Assembly: GCA_963745025.1 (NCBI GenBank)
Contig: CAVUWD010000013.1
Location: 256,001-320,000, forward strand
DNA from: an uncultured delta proteobacterium
GTDB lineage: Bacteria; Desulfobacterota; Binatia; JACPRU01
Direction of reading: 5' to 3'
Length of the DNA: 64,000 bases
Shown: in pieces, positions 31,715-41,413 of the stretch
How the letters are laid out: the number at the start of each line of letters is the position of its first letter
Position numbering within the stretch: the first letter of the stretch is position 1
Made by a program: the position numbers and the translations under genes
Notes under the pieces: generated by a model
What the model saw: the letters and a program-made list of their open reading frames with translations, nothing else
Database searches by the model: none
Told to the model about the DNA's origin: nothing

Positions 31715-33427
31715 ATGAATCCCGAACCGAAGAAGGTCTTCGTACTGGGCCTCGACGGCGCGACGCTCGACGTGCTGAAGCCCCTCGCCGAGAGCGGACG
31801 ACTGCCGAACATCGCCGCTCTCATGCGCGGTGGCGTGCACGCAAAGCTGAACTCCACGATTCTCCATCACTCGGCTCCGGCGTGGACGTCGTTCGCCACG
31901 GGAAAGAATCCGGGTAAGCACGGGATCATCGGCTTCACGAAGATCCAGCGGAACACCTACAAGCTCGCGCTGGTCAACGGCGCCTCCAACCGGGCGAGAA
32001 CCGTGTGGCAGCACCTGAGCGACCTCGGCAAGGACGTGATCGTCGTCAACGTGCCGATCACGTACCCCCCTCGAGCCGTCAACGGAGTGATGGTGAGCGG
32101 CCTGGACACGCCGAGCACGAAGACAGCCTTCACCTATCCGCCGGAGGTGAAAGACGAGATTCTCCAGGTGTCACCCGACTACAAGATCAACTTGCATCTG
32201 GGTGGCTATCTCCACAACGACCGGCGCCGGCTGCAAGCTCTCGAGATCATGGCGGCGGCCACCCGCGCCCGGGCGAAGGCCGTGGTCCACCTGATGACTC
32301 ACCACCCGTGGGACTTCTTTGCGGTGCGCTTCAACAGTCCCGACAATGCCCAGCACCAATACTGGAGCTTCATGGACGAGACGCATCCCCAGCACGACCC
32401 GTCGAGCCCGCCCGCTTTGAAGAACGCCATCCCCGCCACCTACGAGCTCCTGGACGAGGTGGTCGGGGAGGTGCTGCGGAGCCTCGACCCGTCGAAGACG
32501 ATGCTTCTCATCATGTCGGATCACGGCGCGGGCCCGCGAACCGGGAAATCAATCTACGTCAACGAGTGGCTGCGGAGCTTGCACCTCCTCGCGCGACCCA
32601 GCGATGACAGCGGCGGCGGCCGCGTCTACCGGGCGTTCGACGACGCTATGTTCCTCCTGAAAGGCCGCGTGCTCGCCTTCCTGCTTCGCACGCTGCCGCC
32701 CGATGTGAAGAACGCCCTGCTGCAGTACGTGCCTTCCGCCGCCGGCACGACGGCATCGTACCTGCGGTTCTCGAGCATCGATTGGTCGAAGACCAAGGCG
32801 TTCGTCGGCGAGGTGGAGGGAATCCGGATCAACCGCCAGGGCCACTATCCCAACGGTATGGTGAGCGACCAAGAGTACGAATCGCTACGCGAACGGCTCG
32901 TCGCGGAGGCGAAGCAGATCCAGGACCCGGAGACCGGAGCGCCGATCTTCAAGGGCGTCTACAAGCGGGAAGACGTCTTCCACGGAGACTCCGTCGGGGA
33001 GTTCCCGGACATCATCCTCAAGCCCCACGACAAGTACTACGTGAGCCCGCGCCTGTTCCGCTTCGGCGAGAGCCGTGGAGGATCCTTCGTCGTGCGAGAC
33101 GAGCACTGGCGCAAGATCAGCGGCTCCCACCGCCAGTATGGAATCTTCATCGCGAACGGGCCGGACTGCCCCGCCGGCCTGGAGATAGAGCCCGTCGACA
33201 TCATGAACGTCTTTCCCACCGTCCTCTACCAGATGGGCTTGCCGATTCCGGATGATCTCGACGGTACGGTCGCCTGGGACGTTTTTCGCGAAGAGTTCCG
33301 CAAGGAGAACCCACCCCGCTATGCGAAGGCGTTCGAGGCGCCCTCCGACGCTCCCGGCGCGGACTACACGGACGCCGACAACGCCAAGCTCATCGACAGC
33401 CTGAAGGGGCTCGGCTACATCGAGTAG
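31715..33427 (+). CDS. alkaline phosphatase superfamily (NPP-like) protein 5
   Basis: GLDGA, HSAPAWTSFATG, DNAQH, SDHG, GSH; ends LKGLGYIE. Confidence 0.88.
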   Translation: MNPEPKKVFVLGLDGATLDVLKPLAESGRLPNIAALMRGGVHAKLNSTILHHSAPAWTSFATGKNPGKHGIIGFTKIQRNTYKLALVNGASNRARTVWQHLSDLGKDVIVVNVPITYPPRAVNGVMVSGLDTPSTKTAFTYPPEVKDEILQVSPDYKINLHLGGYLHNDRRRLQALEIMAAATRARAKAVVHLMTHHPWDFFAVRFNSPDNAQHQYWSFMDETHPQHDPSSPPALKNAIPATYELLDEVVGEVLRSLDPSKTMLLIMSDHGAGPRTGKSIYVNEWLRSLHLLARPSDDSGGGRVYRAFDDAMFLLKGRVLAFLLRTLPPDVKNALLQYVPSAAGTTASYLRFSSIDWSKTKAFVGEVEGIRINRQGHYPNGMVSDQEYESLRERLVAEAKQIQDPETGAPIFKGVYKREDVFHGDSVGEFPDIILKPHDKYYVSPRLFRFGESRGGSFVVRDEHWRKISGSHRQYGIFIANGPDCPAGLEIEPVDIMNVFPTVLYQMGLPIPDDLDGTVAWDVFREEFRKENPPRYAKAFEAPSDAPGADYTDADNAKLIDSLKGLGYIE

Positions 33428-33431
33428 AATC

Positions 33432-35099
33432 TTGGCGCGGCGCGTCTTCTGCATCGGTCTCGACGGCGGTACCTTCGATCTCGTCGACCGCTTCGTCGGG
33501 GAAGGACGCTTGCCTCATCTCGGGCGATTCTTGAGAGAAGGCACGCGCGCCGAGCTGCGCTCCGTCCTCTTGCCCTTCACGCCCCAGGCCTGGAGCTCCT
33601 TCCTCACCGGCGTGAATCCGGGCCGGCACGGCATCTTCGGATTCAAGGAGAAGTCGGCCAACGACTACTCCTTCCAGCTCGTCAACGCCCGGCGACTGCG
33701 CAGCAAGACGCTCGCGCAGATGCTCGGCGATGCCGGGAAGAAGGTGATCCTCCTCAACGTCCCGATGAACTATCCGCCGCCGGCCGTGAACGGGATCGTC
33801 GTCGGCGGCATGGACTCCCCGGGAATCAGCTCGAACTTCACCCATCCGCCCGAAGTCAAGGACGAGATCCTCGGGCTCGCCAAAGACTACGTGATTCATC
33901 TGCACGTCGGGGCCGGTTATCTCGATTCGGACGTCAAGCGACGCGAGGCGGTTCGGGCGTTGCTCGCCGTTGCGGCGGCGCGCGAACGCGTGATCCTCCA
34001 CCTGATGGACAAGTACCCTTGGGACCTTTTCGCCCTGAACTTCGGCGAGACGGACCAGGTGCAACATCACTTCTGGCGTTACCTCGAGAGCGGGGGTGAG
34101 TTCCAGGACGCGATCCGCCAGGTCTACGAGAGGATCGACGAGGCCGTCGGTCGGATCACGGCAAAGCTCGGCGACGACGTGGTGCAGCTCGTCGTCTCGG
34201 ACCACGGCGCGGGCGCGGCCTCGAACCTCGTCTTCTTCATCGACGAGTGGCTCCGGTCCGAGGGATTGCTGCAGTTCCGGAACGTGGCAGTCGCCAAGCG
34301 CGTCGCGCGGGGGTTCCTCGGCTTCGCCCTGGACTCGTTGTCGCGAACGTTGTCGTCGTCTGCGAAAGACGCTCTCATGCACCGGTTTCCTCAGCTGCGC
34401 GCACGTACCCAAGGGTTCGTTCGTCGCTCACTCGTCGACTGGTCGAAGACCAGCGTCTACTCCGGCGAGCACCCGGCAACGCTTCGCGTGAACCTCGCCG
34501 GCCGCGATCGGAGCGGCATAGTGACCGGGACCCAACGGTACGAAGAGCTGCGGACGGCGCTCATCGACAAGCTCCGAGGACTCGTGGATCCCGTGAGCGG
34601 GAAGGCTCTCATCGAAGAGGTGTATCGGCGCGAAGAGGTGTACCACGGACCGTTTCTCGAGTCCGCGCCCGACCTGATCCTGGTTCCGAAGGACTTCGCC
34701 CATCAGATCCTCGGCGGGCCCTATCCCCGCAACCGCCACTACCGACAGGTGATCTCCACGAAGGACACGCGGAAGTTCTTCGTCAACGGGACCCATCGGA
34801 TGAACGGGATGTTCATTGCGCGAGGCAAGGACCTGCATGCCGGCCGGAGCCTTCCTCGGCTCGAGATCACCGATCTCTGCCCGACGATCCTCTACTCCCT
34901 CGGCATGGCGGTGCCGAACGGCCTCGATGGGCGTGTCGTCACCGAAATTTTCACCGACCGCCATCTCGCCGAGAATCCGGTGCGGTACGTCGACTACGAT
35001 CTCCGGTCCGGTGGAGTGGACGGCGGACAACCGTCTTACACGGACGAGGAGTCCCGTGTCGTGGAGCAGTCGCTGCGCAATCTCGGCTACATCGAGTAG
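33432..35099 (+). CDS. alkaline phosphatase superfamily (NPP-like) protein 6
   Basis: GLDGG, PFTPQAWSSFLTG, DQVQHH, SDHG, GTH; ends LRNLGYIE. Confidence 0.88.
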   Translation: MARRVFCIGLDGGTFDLVDRFVGEGRLPHLGRFLREGTRAELRSVLLPFTPQAWSSFLTGVNPGRHGIFGFKEKSANDYSFQLVNARRLRSKTLAQMLGDAGKKVILLNVPMNYPPPAVNGIVVGGMDSPGISSNFTHPPEVKDEILGLAKDYVIHLHVGAGYLDSDVKRREAVRALLAVAAARERVILHLMDKYPWDLFALNFGETDQVQHHFWRYLESGGEFQDAIRQVYERIDEAVGRITAKLGDDVVQLVVSDHGAGAASNLVFFIDEWLRSEGLLQFRNVAVAKRVARGFLGFALDSLSRTLSSSAKDALMHRFPQLRARTQGFVRRSLVDWSKTSVYSGEHPATLRVNLAGRDRSGIVTGTQRYEELRTALIDKLRGLVDPVSGKALIEEVYRREEVYHGPFLESAPDLILVPKDFAHQILGGPYPRNRHYRQVISTKDTRKFFVNGTHRMNGMFIARGKDLHAGRSLPRLEITDLCPTILYSLGMAVPNGLDGRVVTEIFTDRHLAENPVRYVDYDLRSGGVDGGQPSYTDEESRVVEQSLRNLGYIE

Positions 35100-35219
35100 A
35101 TCGTAGCGCGACCTCACAGCCACAACGAAAGTCGGAAGCCTATTGAAACATCTTCATCTCACATGTGGGTGTGGAAACGAGAAATCCTACCCTAGTCGAT
35201 CGGAGGAACGGATCGCGCG

Positions 35220-36686
35220 ATGAGGACCATCGTCTTGGGAGCCGGGTTGTCCGGCCTTGCATGCGCGACCGCGCTCCGGCTCCGCGGCGCGGACGTCGTC
35301 CTGGTCGAGCGGGAAGCGGAGGTGGGCGGGCTCGCAAAGTCATTCCGCATCGACGGTTACACGTTCGACTACGGGCCCCACTTCCTGTTCGGTCGGGACG
35401 TTCTACCCCTGCTCGCGGACACCCTGTCGCCCGGCCTCGACCTGCTCCCCATCCGTCGGGCGAACGAGAAGATGCACTTCCGCGACCGCTACTTCACGTT
35501 TCCGTTCGACCCCAAAGACCTGCTGCGTCAGATGGAACCGCGCCTGATGCCCGGGATCCTCTGGGAGCTTCTCCGGCGCAACATGTTTCTCCAGTTCAGC
35601 GACGAGAGGGAGCGCGGCAACGTCGAGGAGTGGGTGATCCGAGGAGTCGGCAGACGCGTCTACGATTACATCTCGCTCGGCGGTTACATCAACAAGCTCT
35701 ACGGCCTGCCGGCCACGCGAATCTCGCAGGATTGGGGCATCCAGAAGCTCAAGTTCCTCTCGCGCTGGCGGGAAGCGAACATCCTCCGCCTGGCGACGAA
35801 CGCCCTGCGGGAGGAGCGACGGGTCAAGCAGAACGTGATCCATTATCCTTCGGGTGGCGGAATCGATGCGATTGCCAAAGGGATCGCGGCCACCTATGCG
35901 GGCCTCGGAGGGGAACTGCTGTGCGGCGCCGAGATCTCCGGCGTCGAGCGACGCGGCGAGCGAATGCAGGTCCACTACCGGAGCGCCGGCGGCGAGGGGA
36001 CTCTCGAGGGGGAATTCGTCGTGTCGACGCTTCCGGTCGGCAAGTTCGTCGCGATGCTGTCACCCGAGCCCGCGAAACCGATTCTCGAGGCGGCGCGCTT
36101 CCTGCGGCATCGAACGCTCCTCCTCGTGCTCCTTTGTCTCGGCAAGGAGCGCGCGCTAGAGTACGCCTCGATTTACTTCACCGAGCCGCAGTTCCCCTTC
36201 CGCAGGATCACCGAGTTCAAACACTTGAGCGCTTCCATGGCGCCCGGGGAAAAGACGTCCTTGTGCGTGGAGATCACCTGCTTCGACGACGATCCGGTGA
36301 CCCAGGAGGACAGATCCAAACTCCTCACCAGCGTGATCGGGCCGCTCGAGCGGGGAAAGTTCATTCGAGCGAGCGAGATCGATACGTGCCACGTCCTTCG
36401 CGTCGCGCACACCTACCCGGTGTACGAGGTCGGCTACGAGGCGGCGCTCCGGACCCTGTTGGAACACCTTGCGGCGCTCGAGAACGTCGTGTCGATCGGG
36501 CGGCAGGGACTCTTCTTCTACAACCTGATGCACAACTGCATGCTCGACGGGTATCGGCTCGCGGAAGGGATCGACGGGCGCGACGGCGCCGGCAGGCACG
36601 AGGTCATCCAGCGGCTTTACGCGGAGCGCCTTGAGAAGTACGCCTCCGCCCGGTCTTCGGGTCCATCGGAGAGCCATGCGGACTGA
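35220..36686 (+). CDS. FAD-dependent oxidoreductase (protoporphyrinogen oxidase/UDP-galactopyranose mutase-like fold)
   Basis: GAGLSG Rossmann motif, VGGLAKS, FDYGPH, YPSGGG, YPVY and IGRQGLFFY. Confidence 0.8.
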   Translation: MRTIVLGAGLSGLACATALRLRGADVVLVEREAEVGGLAKSFRIDGYTFDYGPHFLFGRDVLPLLADTLSPGLDLLPIRRANEKMHFRDRYFTFPFDPKDLLRQMEPRLMPGILWELLRRNMFLQFSDERERGNVEEWVIRGVGRRVYDYISLGGYINKLYGLPATRISQDWGIQKLKFLSRWREANILRLATNALREERRVKQNVIHYPSGGGIDAIAKGIAATYAGLGGELLCGAEISGVERRGERMQVHYRSAGGEGTLEGEFVVSTLPVGKFVAMLSPEPAKPILEAARFLRHRTLLLVLLCLGKERALEYASIYFTEPQFPFRRITEFKHLSASMAPGEKTSLCVEITCFDDDPVTQEDRSKLLTSVIGPLERGKFIRASEIDTCHVLRVAHTYPVYEVGYEAALRTLLEHLAALENVVSIGRQGLFFYNLMHNCMLDGYRLAEGIDGRDGAGRHEVIQRLYAERLEKYASARSSGPSESHAD

Positions 36687-38115
36687 TTCCATCTCCCGGT
36701 GGGCGATGCTCTTGGCGGCCGAGGTGGTCCTCGCCGCGAGCCTCGCCGTCATGACGCCGCTCGTCCCGCTCGCGGCCCTCGGGGTCGCTGCGGGGCTGCT
36801 CGCGCTCATCTTCATGCCGCGTTGGGCCGCCGTGGTGGTGCTCATACCTTGCCTCCCCGCTTACGACTATCACTTCTTCACGATTGGCCAAGACGCGGAC
36901 GTTGGCTTCCTCGAGCTCGGCGTGCTGATCGCTCTGTTGAAGTGGGGGCTCGACGCGGTGCGCGAGCGGCGGTTCCACTTCGACCTCACGGGGTTCGACT
37001 TCCCCGTCTTTCTCCTTCTCGGCTATGCGCTGCTGACGCTCTTCTGGGCGCCTACGGCCGCGCGAGGCATCCATCAGTCGATCAGAATCTTCCTTGGGTT
37101 CGCGGTCTACTTCCTGCTCGTGAACCTCATCCGCGAGCGCCGCGACTTCGAGTGGGCGATCACCGCCTGGGTGATCCTGGGTACCGTGATCGCGTACGTA
37201 GCCTTCTTCTACGTGGAGCATAGCAGTATCCCCGCCACGGCGGGGATCCAGCTCCCCGAGGGCGGATTGACCGAGCTCCACAAGACGGTGCGCGTGACGC
37301 TCATGTTCACTGACCCCAACGCGTTCGCCTTCTTCCTCACCATCTCGGTCCTCTTCACCTTCATCCGGTACTACTGGGCGCGCTCGATCTTTCAGAAGCT
37401 CTTCTTCGGGGCGGCGATCATAGTGATAATGCTGACGCTTGCAGCGACCTTCTCGCGCAAGAGCTGGCTCGCGATCTTCCTCGCGCTCGGGATCGTCGGC
37501 CTTCGCTTCCCAAGGGTCCTGGTCGAGGGGGCGCTGGCCGCGGTCGGCGGCGTCCTCGTCCTCTTCGTGAGCGACACGGCGAACTTCTCGGAAGCGCTTT
37601 GGCAGCGCTTCATGACCCTCTTCATCGATCCCAACGTCTCGATCTCGGAGCGCGTGGTGGCATGGGAGGTCGGCATGCAGCTCTTCCACAGGAGCCCGCT
37701 CATCGGTGACGGGGTCGGCTCATTCTGGACGTTGTCTTGGCGACTGGGATCGCCGCTCCTCTTCCCGCACAGCTTCTACGTGTACCTGCTGGCCGAGGTC
37801 GGGCTCGTCGGCCTGAGCCTGGTCATCATCCTCGCGGTGCACTTCGCATGGGCACTCTGGACGGCGATGGCCCGGCTCACCGAACCGTACACGAATTTCC
37901 TAGCGACGCTGCTCTTCGCCGGCTGGTTGTCCATCCTGTTCCAGGCGGCGTTCAGGACGATTGGCCTGACGGACACGCTCTTCTGGGGGTTCCTCGGGCA
38001 GGCTGCCAGCTTCGTGCGCCTGACGGCCGCGGAAGGGCGTGCGGCGCTTCCGGGGAGGCCGGAGGAGGACGAGCCCGTAAAGGCCCCTGTGGTGCCGGCT
38101 GTCCGCGTCGCTTGA
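36676..38115 (+). CDS. O-antigen ligase/Wzy polymerase-like membrane protein
   Basis: Multi-TM; [26 protein letters not shown] and PHSFY...LAEVG motifs. Confidence 0.8.
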   Translation: MRTDSISRWAMLLAAEVVLAASLAVMTPLVPLAALGVAAGLLALIFMPRWAAVVVLIPCLPAYDYHFFTIGQDADVGFLELGVLIALLKWGLDAVRERRFHFDLTGFDFPVFLLLGYALLTLFWAPTAARGIHQSIRIFLGFAVYFLLVNLIRERRDFEWAITAWVILGTVIAYVAFFYVEHSSIPATAGIQLPEGGLTELHKTVRVTLMFTDPNAFAFFLTISVLFTFIRYYWARSIFQKLFFGAAIIVIMLTLAATFSRKSWLAIFLALGIVGLRFPRVLVEGALAAVGGVLVLFVSDTANFSEALWQRFMTLFIDPNVSISERVVAWEVGMQLFHRSPLIGDGVGSFWTLSWRLGSPLLFPHSFYVYLLAEVGLVGLSLVIILAVHFAWALWTAMARLTEPYTNFLATLLFAGWLSILFQAAFRTIGLTDTLFWGFLGQAASFVRLTAAEGRAALPGRPEEDEPVKAPVVPAVRVA

Positions 38116-38162
38116 GCGATCGACTGCCTGCCTCACGAGGCAGTCGAGAAGGTTGCACCGTC

Positions 38163-39584
38163 ATGATCGCACGCCTCGTCCAAGCGCTCGCGGCCTGGGC
38201 ACTGTTCCTGTGCGTGGCGTCGCCGGCCTTCGCCGCCGACACGCCGAAGCCGAACGTGCTCTTCATCGCCATCGACGACCTGAACGACTGGGTCGGCTAC
38301 CTCGGCGGCCATCCGCAGACCAAGACGCCGAACATCGACCGGCTGGCCAGGCGGGCGTCACCTTCACCACGCCTACTGCGCCGCGCCGGTCTGCAATCCC
38401 TCGCGCGCGGCGCTGATGTCCGGCCTGCGGCCGTCCACCACGCGGCGTCTACGACAACAACAACGACTGGCGCACGGTCATCCCCGAGACCGCAGCACGC
38501 TGACCGCTGCACTTCAGCAACAACGGCTACTACGTCGCCGGCGCGGGCAAGATCTACCACGACGCCTTCCGCCGCGCACAGCGACTGGAACGACTATCGC
38601 CAAGGAGAAGGACGGCGACCGCCGAAGCCGAAGGGGCATGACGACGGCGTCGGCGGCATCAAGTTCGCCCCGCTCGACTGCGAGGACGAGGACCTGGCAC
38701 GACTACCAGATCGTCGATCTGGATCGATCGAGCAGCTCGGCAAGAAGCACGACAAGCCGTTCTTCCTCGCCTGCGGCCTGCACAAGCCGCACATGCCCTG
38801 GAACGTGCCGCAGAAGTACTACGACATGTACCCGCTGGACAAGATCATCCTGCCCCAAGGTGCTCGACGAACGACCTCGACGACGTGCCGCCGGCCGGCG
38901 TGAAGATGGCCAAGCCCGAGGGCGACCACGCGGCCATCGTCGAGTCGGGCCGCTGGAAGGAAGCGGTGCAGGGCTATCTGGCGGCCGTCACCTTCTCCGA
39001 CGCCATGGTCGGCCGGCTGCTCGACGCGCTCGACAAGAGCCCGTACAAGGACAACACGATCATCGTGCTTCTGGGGCGACCACGGCTGGCACCTCGGCGA
39101 GAAGCAGCACTGGCGCAAGTTCGCGCTCTGGGAAGAGGCCACCCGCGTCGCCGCTCATCTGGGTCGTGCCGGGCGTGACCAAGCCGAACGGCGTCTGCGA
39201 GCGCACCGTCGATTTCATGAGCATCTACCCGACGCTGTGCGACCTGTGCGGCCTGCCGACGCCGAAGCACGTCGAGGGCCAGAGCATCCGCCCGCTGCTG
39301 GCCGATCCCGCGGCCGCGTGGGACCGCCCGCGCTGTCACCACCTACCAGCTTCAACAACCACGCCGTCCGCACCGAGCAGTGGCGCTACATCCGCTACGC
39401 CGACGGCGGGAGGAACTGTACGACCACGCCAAGGACCCGCTGGAGTGGACCAACCTCGCCGGCGAAACCCGAGTACGCCAAGGTGAAGGAAGAGTTGGCG
39501 GGGTCGCTGCCGAAGATCAACGTCCCTGAACCGAAGTTGCCCCGGTGGCTGAAGAAGATGTGGACTCTTTGGCGCCGTCCTTGA
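38163..39584 (+). pseudogene. secreted formylglycine-type sulfatase, heavily frameshifted
   Basis: Signal peptide, [33 protein letters not shown] and DHGWHLGEK recognisable across shifting frames; more than ten indels. Confidence 0.8.
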
Positions 39585-39631
39585 CCACGTCGCCAAACTT
39601 CATGAGCTTCTCGACGATATGCAGACTTCTC

Positions 39632-41164
39632 TCAGGAATTGACTCCGCGAATCTCGACATAGACGGGAGATTCTCCAAGGTCGAGCTGCAGAGTGCCGTT
39701 CGCAACCTTTGCTTGGGTGCGGCGAAACGACTCTGCGGAGACACTCGCCTTCAACGGTGTCCCACCGGAGGGGACCGCGGGAACCGCGTCCGTTACCCAG
39801 GCGGTCTCACCGGGAGGCAGTGAGCCAACGTTGACGGCGACGGGTGCGTTCTTCGCCGAAGAAGCCTTGCGCTGCCATTCGTCTCTCCAGACGATGAAGA
39901 CTGGTTTGCCCCGGGCCTCTAATCGATAGACATGCACGGAATCGTCGCCGCTCTTTACCACGGACAACTTGCTCCAATCGGCATCCTTGAAGCGTTCCAT
40001 GAAGAACTTGAATGCATAGTAGGAGAGCTTCTTCACGCCATATCCCGGATCAGGGCAGGGGTCTTCTTTCGTCGGGTCACATTGGCTTTTTTCGGGGATC
40101 CCGTTGTAGACGAGCCCGTTGTGGCAGTACGTGTCATGCCTGCGGTTGCGGAACTCGGTTTCGACGACAGTCCCCCAAAGAATCAAGGGACTGCCATCTG
40201 CCGCGACGCGGACGAATCTCTTGATGAGATATGCCGCTTGCTCGGCCTCCGTCTGTTTTTGGTGGAGACGTTGGTTCTTCGCCTCGAGATCCCAGCCAGA
40301 GTGCGTGGCGCCGGCCTTGATGAGAACGGGCTTGTCGGCGAATCCTACCTCCGCGAGCATCTTCTTGAAGAAGTCGAGGTTCTTGCCGCACGTGCCCGCC
40401 TCGTAGTTCTGAATTACATTGAAATTGTGATAGTCGAAGAAATCGAAAGCTCCACCCCAGCGCTTCTCCTGGAGCGTCTTGAGGATCGGCTTCCAGTACA
40501 GTTCGAATTCTTCGTCGGGAGTATTGCCCGGAACCCCCCCCAGAACGATCTTGGCTTGGGGATCTACGGCGCGAATCGTGCGACTGGAGTACTCCAAGAG
40601 GCGGGCGTATGCCATCGCGGCATCCTTGCCGCAGGATGGATTCATCGCCTGCCCTCTTCCGTGGCAATACGCCTCGGCGAAGAGGTCCGCGTGCTCGTTA
40701 TCGATGCTCCAGTAGAGCACCTTCCACCCGGGGACGTAACTGTTGACATGCTTCACGAGCTCGCGGAGGAACTTCCCGTACGCCTCGTAGGAGACCGGAC
40801 CATCGGGTAAGTACTTGCCGTGGCTCTTCCAGCCGCTGCCGATCAATTTGCCGTCGGTAAAGGCGTCTTTCGACTCGACGTTGATGACGAACCACGCTTT
40901 CGTTCGCGCCTTCCGCCCATACTCGTCGAGCATCTTGTCGATCCTCTCGAATTGGTAGAAGACGCCCTTCGGCTTCACCTTCTCGATCCTTCGTCGAGGA
41001 AGGTGATCGGAGATCCATGAGACGCCAAGATCGCGAATGTAGTCGGCGGTCTCCCCTTTCGCCCCCTCGAAGACGTCGTTCAGCCCGAACTCCGTGGCCC
41101 GGGCGCCAACGCTTCCGAAACACAACGTCAAGCTGGCAAGGACCAAGACTACGCGAACCCTCAT
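39632..41164 (-). CDS. secreted glycoside hydrolase clan A-like protein
   Basis: Signal peptide; WSIDNEH, IRAVDPQAKIVLGG, FDFFDYH, QAAYL and KKLSYY motifs of GH5/GH39-like barrels. Confidence 0.65.
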   Translation of the reverse strand: MRVRVVLVLASLTLCFGSVGARATEFGLNDVFEGAKGETADYIRDLGVSWISDHLPRRRIEKVKPKGVFYQFERIDKMLDEYGRKARTKAWFVINVESKDAFTDGKLIGSGWKSHGKYLPDGPVSYEAYGKFLRELVKHVNSYVPGWKVLYWSIDNEHADLFAEAYCHGRGQAMNPSCGKDAAMAYARLLEYSSRTIRAVDPQAKIVLGGVPGNTPDEEFELYWKPILKTLQEKRWGGAFDFFDYHNFNVIQNYEAGTCGKNLDFFKKMLAEVGFADKPVLIKAGATHSGWDLEAKNQRLHQKQTEAEQAAYLIKRFVRVAADGSPLILWGTVVETEFRNRRHDTYCHNGLVYNGIPEKSQCDPTKEDPCPDPGYGVKKLSYYAFKFFMERFKDADWSKLSVVKSGDDSVHVYRLEARGKPVFIVWRDEWQRKASSAKNAPVAVNVGSLPPGETAWVTDAVPAVPSGGTPLKASVSAESFRRTQAKVANGTLQLDLGESPVYVEIRGVNS

Positions 41165-41232
41165 GAGTCGTGTCTCCTGTCGAACCCGTCGAGCGCCCGG
41201 GCGTCCGGCGATCCGCGTCGCGGCGCCGAACG

Positions 41233-41261
41233 AGTAAATCGAGGGAAGCCACAGCTGTCAA
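41233..41261 (-). promoter_or_regulatory. putative sigma-70 promoter
   Basis: Minus strand TTGACA-N17-TTTACT upstream of the gene starting at 41164. Confidence 0.5.
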
Positions 41262-41413
41262 TGCGAGGAGACGTCGCAGCGAGTCAGTGCAAGACCTCGG
41301 CGTTGTCCGCGCCAGGCGAGCGGGAAACGTCTGCTCGGCGAGCCCGGCTCCTCGAGCTTCTTGAAGCGCAGCTTCCTACGAGCGACGAAGAAGCCCGCCC
41401 GAAACGGTGTGAC

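Noticed and set aside
35100-35219. AT-richer gap with TTGAAA and GGAAAC...GTCG as a possible internal promoter
   Set aside because: No convincing paired -35/-10 elements
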